Shown here in pieces: positions 38,258 through 48,471 of a DNA stretch of 64,000 nt. The translations under genes and the position numbers were made by a program. The notes under the pieces were generated by a model. The model was not told the origin of the DNA. It worked only from the letters and a program-made list of their open reading frames with translations, and made no database searches. Positions within the stretch are counted from its first letter, which is position 1. The number at the start of each line of letters is the position of its first letter. Source of the stretch: a virus; IMG/VR virus record IMGVR_UViG_3300024262_000015, positions 75,565 through 139,564 of that record. One strand, 5' to 3'.

Positions 38258-39178
38258 ATGGGTTTTCCTCCGTCATTACCATTAGATCCATTTGAAAGAG
38301 CTGGCCAGAATTTGGGAGATGCTACTCAGCTTCTTCCAGGTTATAATCCTATTCCTGCAAACATAGGATCGTCAAGTGCTGCTGCAAGACAGGTTCCTAG
38401 AAATGCTAGTGTTTTAGGAAGCTTTACTAGAGATTTAATTCGTTGGTATGTGCCAGAGCAAGGCACAGTAGAGATGTATATTAATCCTGAAAATATTAAT
38501 TATAAGTTTTCTAAGGTTGTAAATGAAACGCGCACTAAGGGTGGCTATATACTTCAGTATTGGGGAGAAGAGCTTGTAAGAATAAGTCTTTCTGGTACCA
38601 CAGGAAGCTCTGGAATTGAAGGCATTAATGCTTTGTTTGGAGTGTATCGTGGAGAGCAGCTTGCGTTTGATCCTTTTGCTTTGGCAGTAGCGGCTCAAAA
38701 TGTCCCTGATAATTTTTCTGATGTATTTGCTGCTGATGGGATTCAGTCGGTAGATAACTTTTTAGATATTGCTACCGACCTTGCTACCTTTGGAGGGGCG
38801 TTAACACCAGGAGAAATTCCTACCTTAGCTGCATTAGCATTTTCAGTAGAGATGTATTATTCTGGATGGATATTTCGTGGCTATTTTAAAAGCTTTGGAA
38901 TAAAAGAAAGCGTCAGCCATCTTGGTTTATTTAATTATGATATTGAGTTTGTGGCTACTCAAATGAGCGGGAGCCGACGCAACTTTTTGGGTTGGCATAG
39001 GAATCCTGGATATGGTCCTTCGAATTCGGATCCGAATTTTGGTGTTCCCTTTAGTTATAGTGGATTAGAGGAGAGGGGCACTATAGCTCCTCCTTTGGGT
39101 CCCCGTCCTAGAACTCCGGCTGAAAACTTTGAAGATCGATTGGAGTCTGGGGATTCAATTTTTGACCTTATTTTTTAA
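38258..39178 (+). CDS. Baseplate tube-initiator-like protein
   Basis: MYINPENINYKFSKVVNETRTKGGYILQYWGEELVRISLSGTTG..FRGYFKSF..FNYDIEF. Confidence 0.7.
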   Translation: MGFPPSLPLDPFERAGQNLGDATQLLPGYNPIPANIGSSSAAARQVPRNASVLGSFTRDLIRWYVPEQGTVEMYINPENINYKFSKVVNETRTKGGYILQYWGEELVRISLSGTTGSSGIEGINALFGVYRGEQLAFDPFALAVAAQNVPDNFSDVFAADGIQSVDNFLDIATDLATFGGALTPGEIPTLAALAFSVEMYYSGWIFRGYFKSFGIKESVSHLGLFNYDIEFVATQMSGSRRNFLGWHRNPGYGPSNSDPNFGVPFSYSGLEERGTIAPPLGPRPRTPAENFEDRLESGDSIFDLIF

Positions 39179-39193
39179 TAAGGAGAGGAAAGA

Positions 39194-42100
39194 ATGGGTG
39201 CGTTTAGTGATCTTGGAAACTGGCTTGATGATGCCGGATCTTCTGTTAGGGGTTTTCGGGATCTGATTTCTCGTGATACTCCTGATCCTACTGGAGGGCG
39301 CACCTATTTAGAAGATGGTTTTATACGAAATGTGCGACCACAGCTTAGAGAGGTTTTGTGGCAAGCTCCTAATACCACTATTGTTATTAAAAAGAGAGCG
39401 TTCTCGTCTTTAGCAGAGAATTATAATCTAGATCTTTTAGAAGAAAAAGAAAAGCTATTTTATAGAGCTACTAAAAAGCTTTTCCAAAACAAAGCAAAAG
39501 CATTGGCGGCCTATGAACGTCTTACTAAAATAGAAAAGATTTCTTCTGTAACGGGAAGAGTTAATTCTCATTTAATGCCAACCATTTTGAATTCGGTTGC
39601 AGAGCTAGAAGACCAAGGACTATTTAATATTTTTGATAACAAAACCCAATGCGCAATTCAAAGATTAAGAAACATTGACGCCTTTAGTGATCCTACTGAG
39701 TTCTCTCAATGGTGGGTTGAGCCAGGTCAGCCTTTTAATGGAACCCTAGGTGCTGGCACAGGGTCTTTTGATTTAACCGTGTTGTCTAGTGTAAGAACAA
39801 CCACGTCTGTAAAGCTTGGGGGTGGTGGCTGTTCTATAGAGCTTCAGAATCCCTATGATATAATGCTTATAGGTCAGGCAGATATTACGCGGGCTATTGT
39901 TGAGGCTACCAACTTTACCGAAAATTCTGGGGCTGAATTAGAAAGAACAAATGATAATTTAATTCAAACCTTAAATAACCTTAGGCTTGGGACTCGACAG
40001 GGAGATTCGGAAAACAATCTTGATCTTTCTTTGATAGGAGGACAAGGAAATGTCTTTAGTTCCAGTCTTCCCAACCAGCCACCGATTACGTTTACTGTTC
40101 AGCCTACCTTTCGAACGAGACCGGTAAGAGCCTTTATTGAGCAGCTAGGAATAGTAATTCCTTATACTTATGTTCCTGGTTTAGTTCCTGTTGTAGAGGT
40201 ACAGGACATTCCACAATTAACAGCCGAAGAAAGAAGGCTAGTAGAAATTATTATTGGAAATTACATAACTCTAATAGATTTACAAACGGTTCAAAGATTT
40301 GATACAATAACTTTTAATAAAAATGTAAATTATGTTCGAAGAAAAATGACTTTACATTATGATAGCAAATCTATGATTCAGCCAATGGACATAGTAAATA
40401 TATTTATGACTTCTAATACCCAAAGCGATGGCGCTCTAACCAGTGGTATGGGTCAAGAATCTACTGGATCAACTTTAGCAGGAAAGATTAATGGGATTCT
40501 TGGTCACATGAAAACAACTTATGGTCGTCTAGATGAAAAGAATGGGACAACCGGAAAGTTTGTCACTCAAGATGAATTAGAAAAGATAGCAGTTGCAGGT
40601 CCTGGGTTTCCTAATTGGATGTGGAGAGAGTATAAGGGTGCGCTTACATCTCAACCTGAGGGACTAGCGGTATTTGTAGGGGTAGTTAAAGAGGCAGAGA
40701 GTTCGTATAGAGATGGTGAGTTTCAGTTAAGCGTTTCATGTGGAGACAATTCTGAATATTTTGATCATACTCAAGTAAATATTAATCCTTCTTTAAATGT
40801 TCCCAATGGTGATTTGCTTGATCCACTTACTCCCTTTAATGTGAGTTTTGATGCTGTTACTGGCTTGGCTCCTGGAGGGCAACCTGAAGTGCTTCCAGAA
40901 AACCAAACCCTTCTCGACACAAAAGTAGCGAGGGTTTATAGTGGGCGATGGCGGGGGTATGGGGCGATTACTCAAGATATCTTTAATTCTAGAGATGGAG
41001 ATATATCCGGCTCTAGTCTTCAAGAGATATTGGCTACGCCCGCAGGATTTGTTTATAGATGGAAAGAAGGAATTGGTGGCTGGGTAGGGAGTGGTCCATC
41101 TACAACCTTAGGTTCTAGGTCAGTTCAGCCACGCATAGTAACTGATCCCTTTGCGGGACAGGATGTAATGAATGCTTTATCTTTATTGGTAACAGCACAG
41201 CCATACAACTTTAATTTGTTTTTACAGAATGCTATGCAGAGCACTCTTACCTCTGCTGATGCTCAAGGCCCGGATTCTAATACCGGAGATTTTTCTGCGA
41301 AGACATTTTTGGAAAGTCTTTTGGGAGAAGTTCGGAGACTTAATTCAGTTTGGGGCGGCTTTCTTCCGTTCAAGTCTTTGGTAATAGGGTCAGCCGCCGA
41401 GACTGCTATCCTTACCCAACAGGCTCAGCTTGTAACAGAAAGTTTGGAGATAAACCGCCTTCTTACTCAACAGGCCGCGTTAATCCAGGCATTAATAGTA
41501 GGGAGCCCTAATCCTACACAAATTTCTAATCAGCTTAAAGGTAAGACTCCAGAAAATGTTCCTACTATTGCTACATCTCAGGCTACATCTGAGGCAAAAA
41601 TTAAGCTTGGGTTGGTACAAAATAAGCTGGATGAAAGAACGGCTCAATTTGTACGAATGCAGCGGAACCTAAATGAAGCAAACCTTCAGGGTGGCTTTAA
41701 GATTTTGGGAAACAATATTCTTTATGATCCTGTTCTTTCCCCTGCAGAAGATACAAACGATTCAGTACAAAAAGAAAAGAGCCAGTCTGCCTTTAGAGAT
41801 AGGTTGGGGTTCCTTACTTTAAGAAGGATTTGGCAGGTACGAGCAAACTTTGACAAGAATTATTTTGTTGTTGACGATCAGTATGATAAAAACGGAGAGA
41901 TACAGGCTTTTGAAAGAAAAGTAAACAGTTCCAATATGAAACTGTTTGAAAGTGAGTATACAGATCTTAAACAAAAAATGATTAAAGCCGCAGAGGTTTT
42001 GGGTCTAGAAGTTTTTGCTAGCACTCAAGGTCACATTGTTGCGCGTCCACCTTTATATAATCGCATCCCTAGTAGTGTTTTAAATGATTTGTTTTTACAA

Positions 42101-44410
42101 ACTGAAGAGACTGGTATCCAATTTTTCCCTGAGTTTTTTCAAAATCTTTTCGTAAATCAAGGCCAAACTCTTCTTAGAGATATTGAAGTTCTAGAGACGC
42201 AGATAAGAATAATTGGAGTTATTTTAGGGTTTGCTAGGGATGCCCAAACGTTAGATGTTAAATTAAGTAAATTTTTATCTAAGTCTGTTGCAGATGGGTC
42301 GTTGTTTGCTTTTATTACTACAGTAAGCGGGAACCTGGCTGATTTTGGATTAGAAAAGCTTTTTACTCTTACCAATCCAGATATGTTGGATCCTAAATTG
42401 ACCGATTCTTTGGATGCATTATCAAGGTTAAGATTCCAGGCTGGGGCCAGAGAGATTTTTCCTGTAACTAATCAGGTAGAGGCCTTTACTGAAACGCTAA
42501 ATATACGTGCTTTGAGTGAAACGCTTCCTTCAGAGTCAGAAGAGATTATTAGAGTTTTATCTAATAAATATCTTCTTCTTACTCAGCAACAGGCTCCTAT
42601 TGATGAGTGGGTTAAAGAAGCTAGTACAGCGCCGGGGCGAAGGCATCTTATTTCGAATTTGGCTGAGTTTATAAATACTCGTCAAACGTCAGCGGTGTCG
42701 GCAGCTAATGTGGTTAAGAATATTCAAGAGCTTGCTGACTTTAATCGAAACCCTTCTAAAGCAATTCAAACCGCATCTTTTCCTAATCTAAATTCTAAAA
42801 GCACTCTTCCTTCAGTCATTGAACATATGATTGAAAAAGAGAATAATGATGAATTAGGTCCAGGATCAGGTCAGAGATTTATAATTAAAGATGTGGAAAT
42901 TATTTCTTGGAGTTTAGAAGAAAAGGCTCCAGATTACAATACGGTTTTGGTTACTGGGAAGATTGATACAATTACTGGGCGGATCGGCGGCCAGGTGGAG
43001 GCTCCTCCAGGGTTAGCATTTAAATCATCACCAGGAAATGTTGGTGGCAATCTTATGACCACCGCAATGGCCGTAGATTATGACATGTGGAGGATGTATG
43101 GGCTTAAGACTTCTGAAGGGATAGAGGCTCCGTTCTTTGGAGACGCAGAAAGCCAATGTCTTCCTTATGCTGTCTATCTTTTGAATCTTCAGCGTAGAAA
43201 TATTTTTAGAGGCAGCATTACTTTACGGGGAAATGAATATTACCAGCCTGGAGATGTGGTCTTTATAGAGAGCCGGGGGATGCTTTTTTATGTAGAAAAA
43301 GTTTCGCATTCCTTAGGGTTTAATAGAAGCTTTCAAACTACTTTGACTTTGACATATGGAAGGAAGCCAGGCGAATTTATTCCTACTATGCTAGATATGG
43401 TTGGTCAGCTTTTGTATGCTCCTGCTAAGCGTGGTCAGTTTCAGCGAAGCTCGCGCTTTAATGCTGAAGGGAAAAATGTACCATTGGCCTTAGGAGGAAT
43501 TGCCATTTCGTTGGCTGGGCTTCCATCTGTAGAGGAGGAGAAGAGCGCTGGAAGAACTACAACTACGAGAACTGTTACCATTGTTACAACTACCCCTCCG
43601 GGTGTTACGCCGCCACCCATTGTGCCATCCACCGCTGCACAGAAGACTGAAGCCGAATCCCGCGCTCTTGTTTCCGGTCAAATATTAAATGGTCCATTAG
43701 GATTAAGAAATCAAAATATTATGCAGGGTGTATTATCGGCATTATCTGGTGAGCTAGGCGTAACAAATAAAACTAAAAATATTGTTATTATAAGAACTTT
43801 TACGACGAAAAGAGTAACTCCAGAAAGAAAAGAAATAATTGAGAAAGGTCCCGAGGTTGTTAAGCAATGGCTTCTTAATCCTACGACTTTTTGTGAAGAC
43901 GGCACTTCTCCAGTCACTAGCGATACCCTTGCTCCTTTAAGGCTGAGTCCAGATAATATTCAAATAGTAATAACTGATTTAGATGCAGAAGGTGCTGGTC
44001 AAACCACTAAGGTTGGAGCAAGCATAGAAGAAGCTGCAGAAGAGGGAGAGCTAAGCAAATTTCGTTTTTTTGCTCCGGTCTCGGCTCAAGCTTGGGGTGC
44101 GGCTCGGTTATTGTCTACACAAGGATCTTTTGCGCGTGTAACTCAGGCTGCTTCTTGTGAAGGAGATATTCCGTCAGCTAATGAGCTTCTGAAAACTTTA
44201 GTTTCTCAGGTTATAGAGTTATGGTTGGTTAAGGAAGCGGTTATTCCTTCTATTGAGCGACCTCAAAATCAGTCTAATCCTAGTCAAGCTTCACAAGATG
44301 ATAACTTGGCAATGAATGAGGCGGGACTAGCGAGGGCTGAAGATAAGCGAGTAGACGATGCTGCCGCGCTTCCTGAGGTTAATGAAAGCACCGCAGGAGA
44401 GCCGCTATGA
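39194..44410 (+). CDS. Baseplate hub (gp27-like) protein with large insertions
   Basis: 1738 aa; LEVFASTQGHIVARPPLYN and GSITLRGNEYYQPGDVVFI..FYVEKVSHS..TTLTLTYGR. Confidence 0.7.
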   Translation: MGAFSDLGNWLDDAGSSVRGFRDLISRDTPDPTGGRTYLEDGFIRNVRPQLREVLWQAPNTTIVIKKRAFSSLAENYNLDLLEEKEKLFYRATKKLFQNKAKALAAYERLTKIEKISSVTGRVNSHLMPTILNSVAELEDQGLFNIFDNKTQCAIQRLRNIDAFSDPTEFSQWWVEPGQPFNGTLGAGTGSFDLTVLSSVRTTTSVKLGGGGCSIELQNPYDIMLIGQADITRAIVEATNFTENSGAELERTNDNLIQTLNNLRLGTRQGDSENNLDLSLIGGQGNVFSSSLPNQPPITFTVQPTFRTRPVRAFIEQLGIVIPYTYVPGLVPVVEVQDIPQLTAEERRLVEIIIGNYITLIDLQTVQRFDTITFNKNVNYVRRKMTLHYDSKSMIQPMDIVNIFMTSNTQSDGALTSGMGQESTGSTLAGKINGILGHMKTTYGRLDEKNGTTGKFVTQDELEKIAVAGPGFPNWMWREYKGALTSQPEGLAVFVGVVKEAESSYRDGEFQLSVSCGDNSEYFDHTQVNINPSLNVPNGDLLDPLTPFNVSFDAVTGLAPGGQPEVLPENQTLLDTKVARVYSGRWRGYGAITQDIFNSRDGDISGSSLQEILATPAGFVYRWKEGIGGWVGSGPSTTLGSRSVQPRIVTDPFAGQDVMNALSLLVTAQPYNFNLFLQNAMQSTLTSADAQGPDSNTGDFSAKTFLESLLGEVRRLNSVWGGFLPFKSLVIGSAAETAILTQQAQLVTESLEINRLLTQQAALIQALIVGSPNPTQISNQLKGKTPENVPTIATSQATSEAKIKLGLVQNKLDERTAQFVRMQRNLNEANLQGGFKILGNNILYDPVLSPAEDTNDSVQKEKSQSAFRDRLGFLTLRRIWQVRANFDKNYFVVDDQYDKNGEIQAFERKVNSSNMKLFESEYTDLKQKMIKAAEVLGLEVFASTQGHIVARPPLYNRIPSSVLNDLFLQTEETGIQFFPEFFQNLFVNQGQTLLRDIEVLETQIRIIGVILGFARDAQTLDVKLSKFLSKSVADGSLFAFITTVSGNLADFGLEKLFTLTNPDMLDPKLTDSLDALSRLRFQAGAREIFPVTNQVEAFTETLNIRALSETLPSESEEIIRVLSNKYLLLTQQQAPIDEWVKEASTAPGRRHLISNLAEFINTRQTSAVSAANVVKNIQELADFNRNPSKAIQTASFPNLNSKSTLPSVIEHMIEKENNDELGPGSGQRFIIKDVEIISWSLEEKAPDYNTVLVTGKIDTITGRIGGQVEAPPGLAFKSSPGNVGGNLMTTAMAVDYDMWRMYGLKTSEGIEAPFFGDAESQCLPYAVYLLNLQRRNIFRGSITLRGNEYYQPGDVVFIESRGMLFYVEKVSHSLGFNRSFQTTLTLTYGRKPGEFIPTMLDMVGQLLYAPAKRGQFQRSSRFNAEGKNVPLALGGIAISLAGLPSVEEEKSAGRTTTTRTVTIVTTTPPGVTPPPIVPSTAAQKTEAESRALVSGQILNGPLGLRNQNIMQGVLSALSGELGVTNKTKNIVIIRTFTTKRVTPERKEIIEKGPEVVKQWLLNPTTFCEDGTSPVTSDTLAPLRLSPDNIQIVITDLDAEGAGQTTKVGASIEEAAEEGELSKFRFFAPVSAQAWGAARLLSTQGSFARVTQAASCEGDIPSANELLKTLVSQVIELWLVKEAVIPSIERPQNQSNPSQASQDDNLAMNEAGLARAEDKRVDDAAALPEVNESTAGEPL

Positions 44411-46416
44411 GTTTAGGTCCGGTTTTTCTTTCTTCGCGTACAGGAACAATCTTGGGGTTTAATCCCCAGAAGAAAACTATTCGCATTGCTCTTAACTCTG
44501 CCCAAGTTCCATTTAGTAAAGCGGGATTAGAGATTGAGACCGATCTGCCGTCCTCTTGGTTTGGAGCCAATGGAGAACTGGGAGGAATGTATCCGGTTAC
44601 AGGCTCTACGGTTAATGTAGTTATTGGCCAGGGTGGAGAGTGGAGGTGCTTGGGTTATGCCAACTCTAGCAATTATACTACCAACAATGATGCTTTTCCA
44701 AAGAGTTATTTTGAAAAGAATAAATTAGCCGCATTTGTTCCTGGCGTTTCTTTAAGTCAGGTCGAAAATAATGTACAGCAAACGATAAGTGTTGCTGGTA
44801 TCATGACCGGCAATCCAGTTAATCAAACCTGTGCCGACCCAGAACAGAATATCTTTAGTGTAAATTTTGGTCAGTACTTGGGATTTTCTGAGGCCTCTAC
44901 TTTAGTTTCTGGCATTGTGTTTAGGGATTTGGGGTCTAATGTAACTAGAAATTTGGCTGGGTCTGCACGCACCTCTCATGTTTATGGTAAATCGCTCACG
45001 CCTATTGGAATGGATCCGCGTACGACTCCGGGGCTTGGCTTTGTAAGAAACCCTCCCTTTGTAGAAAATCGGGAGATGGTCTACGAGTTTGCTTATGACT
45101 TTGGTTTTACTGAAGATGATAAGGAGACTGAGCTTTATCAAAAAGAAAAAAACCCGGCTCTAGCAAACTACTTTGATAGAAATGAAAGCCGAGCTAACAC
45201 TTTAAACTTAAATCTTACGGCACCCAACTTTTTAATTGAGCAAACTAAAGGGACGGTTGTAGATACTTATGGGAACGTCCTAGATTTAAATAGGCTACCT
45301 TTACCTGTTGGAAGCGGAAACTTATCTTTAAGAGAAACAGAGATTGATTTATCGGAGACTTTTAAACAGATAAGAAAGATAGAACGAAAAAGTATAGCTT
45401 ATCATTTCGAAATTAATGCTCGTAAAGAACTTCCATTACCCAATCTTCAAAGCACTACGGATTATTCTAGATCAAAGAGTCGGTTTTCTTTAGACATAGA
45501 TAAAGAGGGGCAGTTTAAATTAAATGTTCCCAGTTCTAGTCCAGAAGGAAACGTTTCATTGCCAGTTAGGTATGAAAATTATTCTTGTATTAAAGCTGAT
45601 CTGGATGATACTGGCCGCCCAAATGCTTTTATTAGAAATACAACTAACCAGGATATTTTTGTTAATAGCTTTGGTGTTGGGGCAATAGATATTTCCGATG
45701 AAGACCAGAAAGAAGGAAAGGCTGCTCCTATTGATTGGATTAAAAAAACCAATATAAAATTAGGAACTCCTTACCATAATATAACTACAGCAGGTTTAGC
45801 GCAACAAAGACCGGACCCAATTGAGAACTGGGCGCCCAATAGTCTTTTGAATAACCCACTAAACACACCTGTTCTAACGGATGTAGTAAATACAAATATT
45901 ATTGTAGGGGGAAAGGATTCTAATGCTGGAGGGCGAAGTGGGTACATCAATATGGATGGGTTCATGTCCTTAAGCTTGGGCGCCAATACCTCAGATAGAC
46001 AATCTCTTTGGATAGATTATGCAGGAGGGGTAGTGGCCAACATAGGAAGAGATTTAAGGGGACGCAGTTATGTTGGGACTATGAATGGAGATCTTTTTCT
46101 TACTATAGGTGGGCCGGGGGTAACTACTGACTCTCGCTTCCCCGCTGAAAAGGACCCAGCTAGAAATGGCGTTTACGATGGGACGTTGGATATACGAGTG
46201 GTACGTAATGGAGAGCTTTCAATATTTAGAATTGGTCCCAAAGGAGTTAATGTAGCTACTCCTGGTCGTATAACTTTGGAGGCGGGCCAGGATATATTAA
46301 TAAGTACTCCGTCTAATCTTTTTCTTAATGCAGATAATATTTATATGTATGCGAATGAGGTTGGTGATGTTCAAACCGGCAGATTGGTTGCAAGAAAGCC
46401 CAAGCTTACTATTTAG
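44407..46416 (+). CDS. Central spike (gp5/gpV-like) protein
   Basis: OB-fold-like N-terminus (GTILGFNP..MYPVTGSTVNV) and beta-repeat C-terminus; follows the hub gene. Confidence 0.6.
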   Translation: MSLGPVFLSSRTGTILGFNPQKKTIRIALNSAQVPFSKAGLEIETDLPSSWFGANGELGGMYPVTGSTVNVVIGQGGEWRCLGYANSSNYTTNNDAFPKSYFEKNKLAAFVPGVSLSQVENNVQQTISVAGIMTGNPVNQTCADPEQNIFSVNFGQYLGFSEASTLVSGIVFRDLGSNVTRNLAGSARTSHVYGKSLTPIGMDPRTTPGLGFVRNPPFVENREMVYEFAYDFGFTEDDKETELYQKEKNPALANYFDRNESRANTLNLNLTAPNFLIEQTKGTVVDTYGNVLDLNRLPLPVGSGNLSLRETEIDLSETFKQIRKIERKSIAYHFEINARKELPLPNLQSTTDYSRSKSRFSLDIDKEGQFKLNVPSSSPEGNVSLPVRYENYSCIKADLDDTGRPNAFIRNTTNQDIFVNSFGVGAIDISDEDQKEGKAAPIDWIKKTNIKLGTPYHNITTAGLAQQRPDPIENWAPNSLLNNPLNTPVLTDVVNTNIIVGGKDSNAGGRSGYINMDGFMSLSLGANTSDRQSLWIDYAGGVVANIGRDLRGRSYVGTMNGDLFLTIGGPGVTTDSRFPAEKDPARNGVYDGTLDIRVVRNGELSIFRIGPKGVNVATPGRITLEAGQDILISTPSNLFLNADNIYMYANEVGDVQTGRLVARKPKLTI

Positions 46417-46422
46417 GAATGA

Positions 46423-48471
46423 ATGCCCTGCGATCCTGGTGACAATAATTTAAATCCTCCGGTTCTCCCGCCGCCTCCTTTGGTACCAGGATTTGGGATC
46501 CCTTTTTCTCCTATCCAGATTCCTTATCCTGATGTTGCTATCCCTGAAGGAATTCCTGAAGATGTCCTTGCATTAGTAAATTCAATTTTTGCATGGCTTC
46601 CTGGAGGATTCAATTTAAAAGCTGTAACCAGTGAAACCCTCCAAAACACATTGGACGCGGTAGCTAGCGTTCTAGGTAGTATTCAGCCTTGGCTTAGTTT
46701 ATATACTTTTTTTCAACCAGTTCTAGATATTATTCTTTGTATTTTGGATATTATATGTGCATGGCCAAATCCATTTAAAGTAATTCGAGCTACCAAGAGA
46801 TTGTTTAAAGAATGCATTCCGGCTTTTCTAAGCTTGTTTCCTTGGTTTGCGTTGGTGGCTTTAATTTATAGTTTGCTGCTTCTTTTAATAGAGCTTTTGT
46901 TATTTATGATTCAAAAGCTTACTGAGTTTATTGAACAGCTTATAGCCAACCTTCTTGTTTTGGCCCAAGCCGCTGCTCTTAAAAGCGAAGAAGCGGTTTT
47001 AGCCGCAACGCTTAAGATTGCTTATTTGTTTTGCATCTTTGAACAACTGTTTGCGGTACTGGTGATGTTCCAAGTAATCTTTGGATCAATTAAATCAGTT
47101 CTTGGGCTGTCCGGAAAGTTTGTGTGTTTTGGTTCAAGCTCAGATTGTTGTGATGAATGTCCGACGTTTCCTGAGGAGGGAATTACAGGAACATTAGGGG
47201 CTCTGTTTTATCTTAATGAAGTGGAACAAAACCCTCCAGCCTTTCCACCATTAAGAAATGAATCATGGCAGTTTGGTGATGCATCTTCTCCTCCACAAGC
47301 ACCGGACGAGCAAATAATAAGCATTGTAACTCCAATAAACTTTTGGCCAGAGGGGATAACCTTTACGGCTGACTCTACTCCGGCCAAGGTTCCTTATACT
47401 GTGGATATGAAATTAACTTTAGATCCGCATGTGTTTCATCCTTTATCACCAGCCGGTCTTAAAACGTTTAATATTACTAACTGCATTGTAAGTCAGCAGC
47501 CTGTACCTGGGGTAGAGGGTGCAACTCCTACCTCTACTATTTCTTCAGGAGTTGTAAAGCTGGTTGGTGGGTTAGTAACAAACGCCGATGGTACTCCCTT
47601 TATGGTTCCGGTTGGTGCTCCTGCGGCTGACCAACAACAAGCTACCTTAGAAACATTTATCCATCTAAGCCCTTCTATTTTCCCAGGAGGAAAAGAAGAG
47701 GTAATTCAAGATATTTCGTATACTCTTAAGATTAATTATGAAGCTCTTTTGTTTTATCAACTTATTACAGTTGGTTGTGTTCCTGAAATAGCTTATGAGG
47801 CTGAACTGCTTAGCTTAAGGCTTCCAAATCTTGTATCTTTAGAAGAAAAGATTGGTGGGCCGTTGCCAGATATGGATGCGGGCCTTTTGTGTCTGCAAAC
47901 CTCTCTTAATAACCTTAGGAAAGATGTGTCTTTTGCTAAGGTGGGAGAGTTCCAGTTAGAAACAATTGCCTGTATTGATGTGATGAGGGCAGATGCGTGT
48001 CGAGGTCTTGTAAGCGCTTTAGAAAGCAGTATAGATGTTTTCCATTCTACTATAGAGGTAGATCCAGAAACTCAGTTTATTAATCTGCCTATAAAAGCTA
48101 CGGTTCAACTATATGATGCTAACAATACCCCATTGGCATTTCAAATACCTGAAGACTGTCCAGTGGATCTTGATTTGCAAGGACAGGTTACTTTGGGAGA
48201 AATATCGGACTTTGTTTTTGATCCTGGTACGGGTACGTTTAATGCGGACATTAATAGTGCCAATGAGGGAGATGGGTATCTAAGCGTTACCTTTAATGGT
48301 GAAGCGTTTTCGGATGTAGAGGGGCTGGATGTAGATGATCCTACTTCCATTGTTACCCGACTAGTTCCCTATACCTTTATTGGAATTGGTGGACTGACTG
48401 GAACAAGCGGTCAAGATCCATTACCACGCAGAGATGTTACCGATACTTCAGCTCTAGAGGGAGGTGATTAG
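46423..48471 (+). CDS. Baseplate-region protein with hydrophobic helices and Ig-like C-terminus (1 DGY)
   Basis: 682 aa; long hydrophobic stretch FPWFALVALIYSLLLLLIELLLFMI. Confidence 0.6.
   Translation: MPCDPGDNNLNPPVLPPPPLVPGFGIPFSPIQIPYPDVAIPEGIPEDVLALVNSIFAWLPGGFNLKAVTSETLQNTLDAVASVLGSIQPWLSLYTFFQPVLDIILCILDIICAWPNPFKVIRATKRLFKECIPAFLSLFPWFALVALIYSLLLLLIELLLFMIQKLTEFIEQLIANLLVLAQAAALKSEEAVLAATLKIAYLFCIFEQLFAVLVMFQVIFGSIKSVLGLSGKFVCFGSSSDCCDECPTFPEEGITGTLGALFYLNEVEQNPPAFPPLRNESWQFGDASSPPQAPDEQIISIVTPINFWPEGITFTADSTPAKVPYTVDMKLTLDPHVFHPLSPAGLKTFNITNCIVSQQPVPGVEGATPTSTISSGVVKLVGGLVTNADGTPFMVPVGAPAADQQQATLETFIHLSPSIFPGGKEEVIQDISYTLKINYEALLFYQLITVGCVPEIAYEAELLSLRLPNLVSLEEKIGGPLPDMDAGLLCLQTSLNNLRKDVSFAKVGEFQLETIACIDVMRADACRGLVSALESSIDVFHSTIEVDPETQFINLPIKATVQLYDANNTPLAFQIPEDCPVDLDLQGQVTLGEISDFVFDPGTGTFNADINSANEGDGYLSVTFNGEAFSDVEGLDVDDPTSIVTRLVPYTFIGIGGLTGTSGQDPLPRRDVTDTSALEGGD

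Noticed and set aside
43550-43640. Thr/Pro-rich run in the hub protein
   Set aside because: Ordinary low-complexity linker with no exact DNA periodicity
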